Shown piece after piece: positions 11,801-22,384 of a stretch of 48,966 nt of DNA; positions within the stretch are counted from its first letter, which is position 1, and the number at the start of each line of letters is the position of its first letter. This stretch comes from Seison nebaliae (taxonomy: Eukaryota), in the NCBI GenBank assembly GCA_023231475.1, contig JALJEE010002193.1:1-48966 (forward strand), in the 5' to 3' direction. The notes under the pieces were generated by a model. That model made no database searches. It saw only the letters and a program-made list of their open reading frames with translations, and was not told the origin of the DNA. The position numbers and the translations under genes were made by a program.

Positions 11801-12959
11801 GGAATCGTCAAATATCAAGTCATCTACAACATCTTCTACTATTGAATTATTCAACGGTGCATTATCGATTATTGAATCAATCACAAATTCATTTTCGATT
11901 GATGAATTATCTTCATTCTGATTTTTGATTGGGGAATCATCAAATATCAAATCATCTACAACTTCTTCTACTATTGAATTATTCACCAATTCATTCTCGA
12001 TTATTGAATTATCAATTGATTTATTTTCCATTATCGTATCGCTTAACGGTTCTTTCACCGGTTCTTTTTCCCTTATCGGGTCATTCACTGGTTCTTTTTC
12101 CATTATCACGTCATTTATCAGTTCCTTCTCGGTTATCGGATGATTTATCAGTTCCTTCTCTATTTTCGGGTCATTGATCGGAATGAGACGAAAGATAGGA
12201 ACTTTTGATTTCTTATTGGATTTTTCTTTGACAATCTGATCATCAGAAACAACATTTAAATTTTGATGTAGACTATCGTCATGATGGGAATCATCGTTTC
12301 GAATGAAGAGACGTTTCCTTTTTTTTTCGTTCTCCAATATCTCTTTTATTTTGCGGATTTTATTAATACAATTCCCATTCGGGTCGTCCCCTGTTAAATC
12401 AACTTCTTCTATATGAGTTATAGGAGTGAATGGAGTAACACTCTTATTTATGTCACTCCCAATATCTGTTATATCGGCGACCGTTTCTTCCTTTTCTGTC
12501 GTCTTCACACAATTCATATTATTAGTCGAATGAATTTTCATCTGTTAAGGTAAAGAATGAGGAAAATGAATAGTACAGAGAAATAACCTTATTCATCGAA
12601 TTACTTATGTCCATTCGATGCTTATCTGGCTCCTGAGTCTTTTCAACAAATGATCCTGTATTCAATAACTTCAATTTCATCCGTGTCTTCGGACTGTTAA
12701 TTGTATTGTTTCTTTCCACTTTCTTCTCTTCCTTCTTCTTTCTTCTATTCCTTCCACTTGTACAATTCTTTGTTGGAATTGATTTACGATAATTATTGCA
12801 ACGACGTTTCGGTCGAATCTCACTCTTTACTTCTTTTATAGTTTCATCATCCGAACTAATTGTTATAGTGCTACAATCAGAAAATATTCGTTTCCTCATA
12901 TTCGAATCTTCCCGATTGGCGTGAGGTCGCCTTTTTCTCAACGATCTTTTACTGACCAT
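7853..12959 (-). CDS. ~1637-aa protein with basic N-terminus, long acidic/Asn-rich region and a degenerate Cdc6/Orc1-like AAA+ segment
   Basis: Exons 12959-12588, 12541-9572, 9526-9395, 9349-9212 and 9154-7853 join in frame; all four introns are phase 0, GTT-AG, 45-57 nt. The gene model is well supported; the AAA+ assignment is by-eye only. Confidence 0.75.
8761..8826. repeat. (ATT)n microsatellite encoding poly-Asn
   Basis: Direct read; explains the overlapping poly-Y, poly-I and poly-L shadow ORFs. Confidence 0.95.
10088..10204. repeat. Degenerate 15-bp tandem repeat encoding (DD[N/D]NH)n
   Basis: Protein reads DDNNHDDDNHDDNNHDDNNHDDDNHDDNNHDNNNH. Confidence 0.9.
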
Positions 12960-13490
12960 TTTTCCAATTATTAAATTTCTCTATTTAAACATGTGTCAAA
13001 ACGACAAATGTTTTAAGAAAAGGAAACTTTTAAACTCTTGTTGGCCCAAATTTGAAATTTATCGAACTTATCACTTTTCTCTCTCCTTCAAAGACAAAAC
13101 AACAAAATTTTCTTCTTTTTTCCACTAAATCTGCAAAGTAAATCTCCAGATCAAATCTCTGTAAGTTCACATGGGAAAAGGACGTTGAAAAACATTAACC
13201 AGAAATATAGATGAATCCAGTCACTCCTATTGTCTATTCTACACACACACACACACAGGTCCCACTTAACAACTGACGCCATATCTCTACTACTCATTAT
13301 TCAGTTGGACGCGTCACTAAAGGAATTGAATCGCCAAATTTTCATTTTCAAAGAGTGGATTTCTTTTGATGAAATGAAAACGTGGAAAAAACGAAATGAA
13401 AATTATTTCGTAAAATTTTCCAACGAATTTCGGTTGGAACAATGAAAATTTCGATTTTGCGCTCCATTTTTCGTCATTTACCTCGTCGTC

Positions 13491-13498
13491 TATAAAAG
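13491..13498 (+). promoter_or_regulatory. TATA box (TATAAAAG) upstream of the structured element
   Basis: Consensus TATAAAAG in a locally GC-richer context, followed by GAGGGG; AATAAA at 13984-13989 downstream. Confidence 0.45.
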
Positions 13499-13559
13499 GA
13501 GGGGACGAATGTACGTAAATTTCAATATATACTTGTTAAAATTTTATTTTAAAGTTCTT

Positions 13560-13900
13560 TATTTGGGTTCTTTCCTTCCTAGCCCCCCTGTGCTTTCCAT
13601 ACATTCTGGGGGCTGGGAAGAGATATATTGTGCACGAGCCGTGCACAATATATTGAAGGACGTCGTGGTTTTCTAAAAACCTTCAATGGAGACGGCTATC
13701 TACTCATCCGTTGGCATGGTAACCATCGAGGAACGGCCGACAACCATGGATACCCAAGATACGATGGTTGGGAAGAGCATTGTCCTTCTCTTCAAGGGGA
13801 CAATCGGCCACTCTTCAGGTACACAAATACCACAATCGTCGCTCTCTGGATGATCCGAATGTGTACTCTACGTGGCTATTACTCTACAGAGTATTTACTA
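13560..13900 (+). ncRNA. Candidate structured RNA of unknown family
   Basis: Consecutive stems: 13575-13587/13608-13620 (13 bp, one G-U), 13623-13636/13640-13653 (14 bp perfect), 13652-13659/13680-13687, 13721-13728/13762-13769, 13779-13785/13798-13804, and 13819-13825/13860-13866 enclosing 13835-13840/13849-13854. Confidence 0.4.
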
Positions 13901-14605
13901 TATTACTCTACAATTATCATATCTCTCTATCCAATTACCCGATTCTCGATAATTCGCTTAAATTTACATTTTAATTCATTATTAATAAATTTTCCTCACA
14001 TAAAATCTTTCTTCTATTTAAAATTTCTCTTTTATTTATTTAAATTATTCAAATCTTTATTTTTTCTAGTTCTTAATTAAAAAATAATTAATTGTTAAAT
14101 TAATTAACATATCACTCTAATATTTTTAAAAGATCTGATTTTTTAGAAGAGAAATTCGACAAATTTCATTCTCAATTTAATAATTACTAATAATTAAATG
14201 ATCTTTTCAATTATAGACAGTTCGAGTGTCTGAACTTACATCAGAAAGTAGAAAAGAATGTCTTCTGACCGTTAGACATCAACGGACTTTCGTTATCCAG
14301 TTATACTGCTTACTTCCCATAATAAGCTAAAATTTCGTTGGCATTTCAAATTTAAATTTTAAAGAGATTGAATTAAAAGTTAAGTTTTTTTTTAAAACTC
14401 AAATAATATTTTTTCCGACCTTTTTTTGAATAGAAGTATAGAGTGATAAAAGTTGATATAAAATTTCATCGTAATTAAGCATAATGTTCAACAAATGTTC
14501 TAATTGACCATTTACAAGTAAGTTTTTTGTTTTCCCACTAATCTGACATCATCCTAATTGTGAATATTTTTGGAGAAAACGTATTATAGTGGCAATCGAG
14601 AAGAT

Positions 14606-15472
14606 ATGCATGAAAAACGAAAAAATGTAACTTCTTCTGAAGAAGGTTCGTTGAAAAGGAAAAGTATCACAATTCAACAATATCAGAAGAATAATAGGAA
14701 GAAACGGAAAGATGAAGAGAAATCTCAGAAAAATGGTGAAAAGAAATCGACAGTCAGTTCGTCATCGTCGTCGTCGTCGAAAGATAAAGATAAAAGGAAA
14801 ATTCCAAATCCCAATGGAAATAGACGACGTCGAGGACTCTCATCTTGTTTAATGACAGAGGAGAAACTGAAAGCTATGAAGATTTTAAGAACTGAAGGAT
14901 CGTTGTATAACCATCAATTGTTGAAAGATAAACGACATGTACATTGGAATGACGATGTGAGTGTTATAGAAATTTCACCGACTAACTTCTGTCCACCACC
15001 CAAAAAAGAGAATCGGACACATTTGGAAATGATAAAAGAATATGACGTTTATGAATTGAGTCCGGATTATTTGGAATGGATGAAAGAAAATTTTGAGAAG
15101 TCGAAAAAAGATGCAGAAATGTCGAACGATCAAGTTTCATCATCGCTAGACATAGTTGAATATGAAGAAAAAGGTGAAGAAGGAAATCGATCTTTCGTTC
15201 AAATAGTTTTTGAGAAAATTTTCGAGAAAGACGAATCATTTTTAGACGAATGGTTCTCTGGGAAGAAAGATGAAAAAGATAAAAAAAAGACAAAAGTGAA
15301 AATCGATTATTCGGAAGAGATAATTCGTATCAATAAAATGATAAAAGATTGGAAAAAAGCTATGGAGAAGCGGAAGAATAAAAAGAAACAAATGAGGAAA
15401 TTAAAAAAAATTCATAAGAAACAAGAAAAAATGTCTTGTGAAGATGTTGATATGGAAATGAATGACAAATGA
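14606..15472 (+). CDS. Lys/Glu-rich, probably nuclear protein with an RVxF-type PP1-docking motif
   Basis: Open frame 14570-15472 with first ATG at 14606; KRHVHW-NDD-VSV motif; several basic NLS-like clusters; GTAAGT donor at 14518 suggests a 5'-UTR intron. Confidence 0.65.
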   Translation: MHEKRKNVTSSEEGSLKRKSITIQQYQKNNRKKRKDEEKSQKNGEKKSTVSSSSSSSSKDKDKRKIPNPNGNRRRRGLSSCLMTEEKLKAMKILRTEGSLYNHQLLKDKRHVHWNDDVSVIEISPTNFCPPPKKENRTHLEMIKEYDVYELSPDYLEWMKENFEKSKKDAEMSNDQVSSSLDIVEYEEKGEEGNRSFVQIVFEKIFEKDESFLDEWFSGKKDEKDKKKTKVKIDYSEEIIRINKMIKDWKKAMEKRKNKKKQMRKLKKIHKKQEKMSCEDVDMEMNDK

Positions 15473-17076
15473 GTCATACGTTAATTGGAGGAAATATGAG
15501 AAATAGTTATAAATAATTTCTTTATAAATTTTCGAAAATTATTTTTATGTTTTTCTTTCAAAAATCTAATTTTATTATTCATTTTCATTCTTTTCAATCA
15601 CCCCAGAACAGAGAAGAGACGAAGTGAAATTTGAAAAAGTTTCAATAATGAATCAAATCCAATTATGTCGACCATCAATTTCATCAATAATTCGATCTAA
15701 AATTCTACGACATGTATTCCACAACTTTCTCGAGAAGCGTTTATCGCATGTTATTTTATTAATAATTTTTCATAATTCATTTCCGTTTCGATGATATTAT
15801 TTGAAAAAAAAATTTAAGAGAAAACTAAAAACATTCTCCAATATCTTCTTTTTAACAATTGACATGTATTACGTCAGAAAATATGGTTTTGATTTTTCAT
15901 AAATATTGTAAGCTTGAAAAGAATTGTTTATTCCATCTCTCCAAATAATATAAGGTGTCAATCTCATTGAATATTGTTCTGGATTTCATCGAACCTTCTC
16001 AAACAATTTTTTCGTTGGGAAACTTAAAAATTTTTTTTCCGTTTTTCACATGATTTGTCAGGTCTGAAATTTTTTCTGATTTTGTACATTCGATCTGATG
16101 TTTTTAGTTCGTTCGGTCGTTTCTTCATTTCTATGTTTCTGACGATGGTGAAAATGGTTGTGGGAAATGGAAGAAATTTGTTCATTTTTTTTTTAAATTT
16201 TAATTTCTCATTCTCTTCCTGTTCCTGAAGTTGAGTCATTTGAAACGATTCCTTAACATTATCAACAATATTTTGGAAGTGTGCTATGTGCTACAAATGA
16301 TTGATTTGTTTCAATGGATCGATTTATTTTCATGTGGGAGATTATTTGAAAAGAACGACGACTCAAATTTCCATATTATGTCACTGATGAAATGGAGAAA
16401 TTTGAAAACATCGAAATTCTTTTCCATTCTCGTTTATCTGATGTTGTTGTTCGAGAAAGTGATCTCGTCTTTCGACGATGTTAATGATGGAAGTGAACGA
16501 AGTGGTAACGATGTGGATTTGTTAGGAAATTTATTTGGTGATAATATTGATCGTTCAAATCGTTCGAAATCAACAAAGAGAGAAATCGATTCGATGAATT
16601 GTCATGAACAATTCGAAGAACGACTGAAAAAAGTGAAATGTGATAGATTAATATTGTGTGAAAAATGTAGGAGGATAATGAGAAGAAATGAGACGGAACA
16701 ATTTTATGATCATCATACAAAGTTCTCGAAAATTTCTTAGTTCAATTTCATCATTTCATTTTTCAGCATTCTACATTTTGATAAAAGTTGTTCGTTCGGA
16801 AGTGAGCATTTGAAGAACGTGATTAAATGGAACATATTCACTCCAATCATACATGATGATTGGACATTCAATAGAAAGGAATGAAAGAAGAAATCAAATT
16901 AATAGAAATAAAACTTAAACAAAATTTTTGTTCAAACAATTTTTTTTTATTGTGCTTGCTGTTGTTCTTATTGTTGTTGTTGTATGAGAATAGAAATTAA
17001 ATAATTTTAATAAGTTTTTCTTCTTATTCCGACAAGAAAGGAATGTTCATGGAAATTTTTCCAGATTGATTTCAAT

Positions 17077-17583
17077 TTAATCGTAAACCGGTTGGAATTT
17101 TGATTTCGGTTTACTAAATTTATTCTGATCTTCTTTATCCCTTTTCTGAAATTCCTTCTTCTTCGCTGACGATATGTTTTGGTTCCTTAACTTCGTTTGA
17201 ATGTCCTTCACATGACTTTCATGTTCGGCAATTTTGTGAAGTTTCTTCTCCATTTCACGACGTCGCGCTTTCTCGTATTGTCGATCTCTTTCTTGTAATT
17301 CTTCTAACGAAGCCATTGATCGACGCTAAGTGAAATGAGGAGAATGAAAAACGAAGAAACATTTGAAAAATTTAACTCTTTCTTCATATTCGACGGCTTT
17401 CTTCCTAATCACGGTGGGTACTCGTACATTCGCCTCCTTCTCATCCTTAACAATTTCGAAAGCAGTACTACGTGACGTCTCACAACCACTTCGATTACCG
17501 TAACCAGATAATGGTCTGACACATAGCCGTTCTGAATCGAATTGGCTTCGTGCTGCCTCATCAAGTAAATCGGAATGATTCAT
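17077..17583 (-). CDS. Stathmin-family (stathmin-like domain) protein, ~151 aa; the true start may lie further upstream
   Basis: Exons 17583-17377 and 17325-17077 (51-nt GTT-AG intron, phase 0). STAFEIV...SLEELQERDRQYEKARRREMEKKLHKIAEHESHVKDI parallels stathmin QAFELI...SLEEIQKKLEAAEERRK...LAEKREHEKEV. Confidence 0.7.
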
Positions 17584-20419
17584 GTCGAGTATATCTCCCT
17601 TTTCGTTACACTAATTGCAACGAAAATCAATAATGATGTGATGGGAAGAAGACGAATGGAATGATTTATTGAATCGGAAGAAAATCTGATTGAAGAAGAA
17701 AAAAAATTTAGAAATTAGAAGACGATTTATGTCCATCAGTCAATTGGACACATAAATTTGGGAACAGTAGAATAATTCAATTCCATAATCATAAAGTTAT
17801 TGATAGAGAATGATAAGGAAAAGATTGGAAGAAGGAAATTTATTTTTTCTATCAAAAAATAATATTCATCATCTTCTTCCATGTTTTCGTCATGGGGAAA
17901 AGAAGAGAAATAGAGTAAATCGACAAATAATAAATAGAATAGAATATCGACGATTACAATTTCCTGGGAATTTGATCTGAATGAATCAAAATGCAAATTT
18001 CTTTCTCTTGAATTTTTGTGACAGATGTGGAGTCATCTGCTTGACTCACATATCTGTGGAATAGCTTTCAAGTGCTACAATATTTCTCAGACAATAATTG
18101 ATAACAAAATTATTCGTTATTTTTTTTCCTTCCTTCCTTCCAATAAAGAGCAATATGTCTGATTAATATTTGTCCTAAAGATAATTTAAGTAGTTCTCAT
18201 TAATATAATTCTGCATTCCAATTTACTCGAACCATTTCTTTTTATAAACAATTATTACTCATCATTAATGATTCATCATCAAATTCTACTTGCATTAGAG
18301 ATCTCCTTTCTTTTTATCAGGTGCATCAATCGAACTCCTTGTCAATAATAGACTAAAATAGACACTAAACTACTTAGACTACCATATGAATGGAACAATT
18401 GAAGAAGGAGAAGTATGTTTTGGGGAAGTAGTTTGAGAAGAAGAAAAATTGAGAAAAATCAAAATTGTTTGGGAATTATCAAATCGAAGAAATATTAATA
18501 AGTTTATAAAGAATTCCATTTCTAATAAGTTTCATAAGGAAATTTCATTACATTTCATGATGGTTGCATTTCAACTCATTTCTTTAATCGATCATTTAAC
18601 GAGAAGTTGAAGTTCTCCAATTTCCAACATGATAGGAATCGAACGAATAATCGATAGGAGAAAGGACTCGGGTGTATTGCATTGGGTTCGAAAGGAGAAA
18701 TGTGTTAAAAAAAAGAAGGAATTATGAATACGAAACTATTGAAATACTTTACCATTTCTACAGTTGTAGTCATCGCGACATAATTTATATGTTATGGTTT
18801 CCATTTCAAATTCTGCTTTTCATTCCTCTATTTTCTACTCCAGCAGTTACCATCTAACACATATATTTATGGAGAGAGTTCGAATTTGCTCTTCATCGTT
18901 CGATATCGAGAAAATTTCTTATTATTCTTCTCATTCCTTACTTCTTCCTTTCAAATAAATTGCTGATTAAAACATCTCCAGCGATCTGATGCCATTGCAA
19001 TCTGCTCCATGTATGGACAGTCCACAATTCTCAATATTTCCATCTCATCACTCACAACTCGGTTCGGTCTCAATTTGGCCGAACCGGAGATTTATTTAAA
19101 AACATTCGTAATTAATTCCTCGAAATTCTCTCTTCTTTTCACCTTCTCTCTCAATGGACAATTAACTTCCTTCCATAACATTCCATTTCCCCATTATTCA
19201 TTGGCCATATTTAATACTTTATCGTAAACGATCAAAATAAATGGGAAGGAGTTTCTAACGGAAACCTCTTAAAATTTCTTCTATTTATAACTGAAAATAA
19301 CTGTTTCTACTCTGACTCATATCTAACATTTGCTATGAAAGAATTCCAATTATTTTCGAATAATTTGATTAGTCGGAAGAAATATATATCATAAAAAATT
19401 TTCAATTACTCTAATTAGGTGGAAAAGAAATAAAGATAAATTTATGACTCCTTAAAGCTTTTCAATATCGTCACTGGAACGGTTATGTCATTAATAAGTT
19501 CTTTGCCAAAAATGACATCCCTTCAACAACATTTCCTCATACAAAATCATTCATGACCAAATAAGTTTGCAAGATCCTTATTGATTTTTTCTTTTCTAAA
19601 CTTCCAAAATATTTTTTAACTTTCCTAATAACTTAACAACTGTCCTTGTCCACTACATTTCACTAAATATTTAAATTATATCGGAATTTTCTCAATAATA
19701 TCTCATTTACTCTAACGTACTATGATTCTCATGGTTATACAGAAACCCTTTAAAAAAATTGTTCTTCCTTAATTCTTTTGGAATTTTTCAACGGGAAACT
19801 TATTTCATTTACGCAAAGCATCGAAAACAACAAAGTTTTTAGTAAAAACTTTTTACTGAATTTTCAAATAGTCAATAGTTTCAGTTTTAACTTCATTCAT
19901 TTAAATTTTTCTGTTATTAAGGAAGATTTGAAATAGTTTCAGAAAAATGGTCGACGAGGAAACCGAATTGAAATGAATTATTCGTTCTAAAATTTGCGTT
20001 GATAAACCTCATTGAAAACCATTTTATTATATATTACTATATAATAGAAATATTAAAAATAAAACTGCAATCGATATAAAATTAAAATTGGATATAAAAT
20101 TTTCAAGCAAATCGAGGAAATGTTGAGTGAAGTTCCTATTAAGTCATAATGTCACAATCAATTAATTCTTGATATTCTATATAATAGACTGACAAATTTA
20201 AGAGTTAAAATTTCGATGTCTTAGTACACCGTCCTTCAAATTCAATTTTAATTAAAATGGGAATCGATGAAGAATACATCACTAGTAAGAATGACAATGT
20301 TGGTTATGTCGGGAGTTATAGATGTATATTGCAAAATATCCAACTTACTTGACTAAAATTAACCAAATTATTTTCTCGGATTTTTAATTTTGAATTATTT
20401 CTCGAAGTATTTTAGGAGC

Positions 20420-20926
20420 TGTGGTGCGCTACGCACGGTAGGAAAGGTAAGCCTAAACGCACGCTAAAGATAACAATTGTCTTCTTCTAAATAAATATTC
20501 TTCCTAAACTGTCTCACGTATATCTTAAGATCCGTTATGCATAACAGAACTAGAAAAAATTTTAAAAATTTGTAATCAGTCAAAGTCATATGTGTTCAGT
20601 CAAAGTCACATAAGAATCCCAGATGATACTAAACGACGCATCAACTAATAAAGTATGCAACATCATAACGGACAATAAATCAAAGATAAAGAAGCCAGGA
20701 CAAACACGCAAAGAATGTGAAAATAGGTCCAACGGACCAACGGCCAGCCGATGGATCATAATTAGTAGGTCGGAACAATCAAAGGCAAGACTATATAAGC
20801 AGCGCGCGGATTAAGAAAGATCGAGCTTGAACACAGTTATCTCCTTTACGAGAACCGTCTCAATTTCATTATAATTATAAATTCCTATTTAGCCTAATAA
20901 ATAATTTCCCTTTCAGCACGCTTACA
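20420..20926 (+). mobile_element. Possible solo LTR (~507 bp)
   Basis: GC-richer island bounded by TGT...ACA with imperfect inverted termini (TGTGGTGCGCT / AGCACGCTTACA). Internal duplicated TCAGTCAAAGTCA, TATATAAG near 20792 and AATAAA near 20896. No target-site duplication (GGAGC vs AAATT). Confidence 0.4.
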
Positions 20927-21322
20927 AAATTATCAAATTTTTATTTGAAGAAAAATGAATTATAAGTTTTACACTTTCAAATGTGGTGATTTACTTTAGT
21001 ATCCACTTGTATATTCAAATAATTAATTGATGTGGACTATGGACCGAATATAAGTGTTCTCAAATAATTTCTAATAACTTTCGAACAATCAATAGTTTCT
21101 ATCAATTCCATAAATATTAAGTTTGTTTTCCATATGTTTGGTAATTCCAAAGTTTTTATCAGATTCCAAATTTATTCAAAACTTTCGACAAATTGGAAAA
21201 TTCAGTTATTTTGTTTCTTTCATAGAAAATTTTCATAGAATATGTGAATGAAATAAAATGTCTGATATAAAATACTTTGAAATTTAAATCGGGATAAAAT
21301 CGTACACTATTTTCCAGTACTT

Positions 21323-22384
21323 CTATTTTCTCATCAGAGAATACCAGGAAGCAAGAGTTAGAATGACGTTTGTTCGGATGATCATTTTGAGACCAGTGCA
21401 CAAATAGTGCACCGATGCGGGGAAGGAGCTTGTATTGATTTTCTCGACTAAGATAGAAACCAAAAAAGCAGTAATGACAATGACATATAAAAATATAGTT
21501 TTCGAAGATTTGGTCATTCGTAATGAAATTGTCCTCTTCTTTAAATAATCGTCGATTTTCAAACGGTAATGGAGATATATTCCAATGCCGACAAAGATTG
21601 ATCCGTCTCTCATTACGGAGTATAGTAACGTTGTGTTTAAATGAATCCATTGTCGATCATAACAATATGTCATTGCTTTTGAAACGCTCCATAATGGATC
21701 GATGTTCATGAGAAGGAGAACATTAAAAAAACCGGTAGCGATTAACATCGAACAAATTCCGAGAATGATAAAAAATTTGGTGGAGTTGGCCCATTCGAAA
21801 AAGTGCGCCAAATTTCCGTATTGTTTCCAAATCAAATGTTGTAACACTTCTCCGAATAAGATGGCGAGCATTGCTCCACCAATGACTTGGTGCACGAAAT
21901 GTGCAGCCAGAAACACTCGAGAAATACAGAGGAAGAGTGAAGCGAAAAAAAGAATGAATTTTGATAATAATTTACGATAACCACCATATCTATGATAGAT
22001 GAGCCACCATACACTCATTGTGACCATCAAATGACCAGAAGGTGCACCAGGACCTGTTTCGCACGTCATCGGAAATTGATATAAAGTCATTGATTTAGGG
22101 ACTTGGAAAGAGTTCTTGTGTTCGATCAACCACCAATATGGTCGATCTTCAAAAAGTATCCATTTAAGAATACTGTTCAACCATTCACTACCAGCTGCAC
22201 ACACCAGAAGGAAAAGAGCGAACCATCTATCAACGAAGAAGAGAACAAATGGGAAGTAATAAATGAATACATTCTTCGGATCACCAATAGATGAGACGAA
22301 GAATAAAAGTTGACGGAAAGGATAGAAGAAATGTTGGACATAATAGACCAGATGATAACCAAGAGCATATTCCCAATTCACCAT
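21323..22384 (-). CDS. G6PC: Glucose-6-phosphatase catalytic subunit (PAP2 family), intronless
   Basis: Motifs SIGDPKNVF, KWILFEDRPYWW (Kx6RP), QFPMTCETGPGAPSGH and SRVFLAAHFVHQV; multiple TM helices. First ATG at 22384. Confidence 0.95.
   Translation of the reverse strand: MVNWEYALGYHLVYYVQHFFYPFRQLLFFVSSIGDPKNVFIYYFPFVLFFVDRWFALFLLVCAAGSEWLNSILKWILFEDRPYWWLIEHKNSFQVPKSMTLYQFPMTCETGPGAPSGHLMVTMSVWWLIYHRYGGYRKLLSKFILFFASLFLCISRVFLAAHFVHQVIGGAMLAILFGEVLQHLIWKQYGNLAHFFEWANSTKFFIILGICSMLIATGFFNVLLLMNIDPLWSVSKAMTYCYDRQWIHLNTTLLYSVMRDGSIFVGIGIYLHYRLKIDDYLKKRTISLRMTKSSKTIFLYVIVITAFLVSILVEKINTSSFPASVHYLCTGLKMIIRTNVILTLASWYSLMRK

Noticed and set aside
15600..16900. Possible plus-strand gene including ORF 16231-16740
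   Set aside because: Could be real, but I could not build a stop-free spliced model or recognise a domain.
18060..19300. Exon-like fragments and a 10-bp hairpin at 19060-19086
   Set aside because: No consistent gene model; a lone hairpin is not enough evidence.
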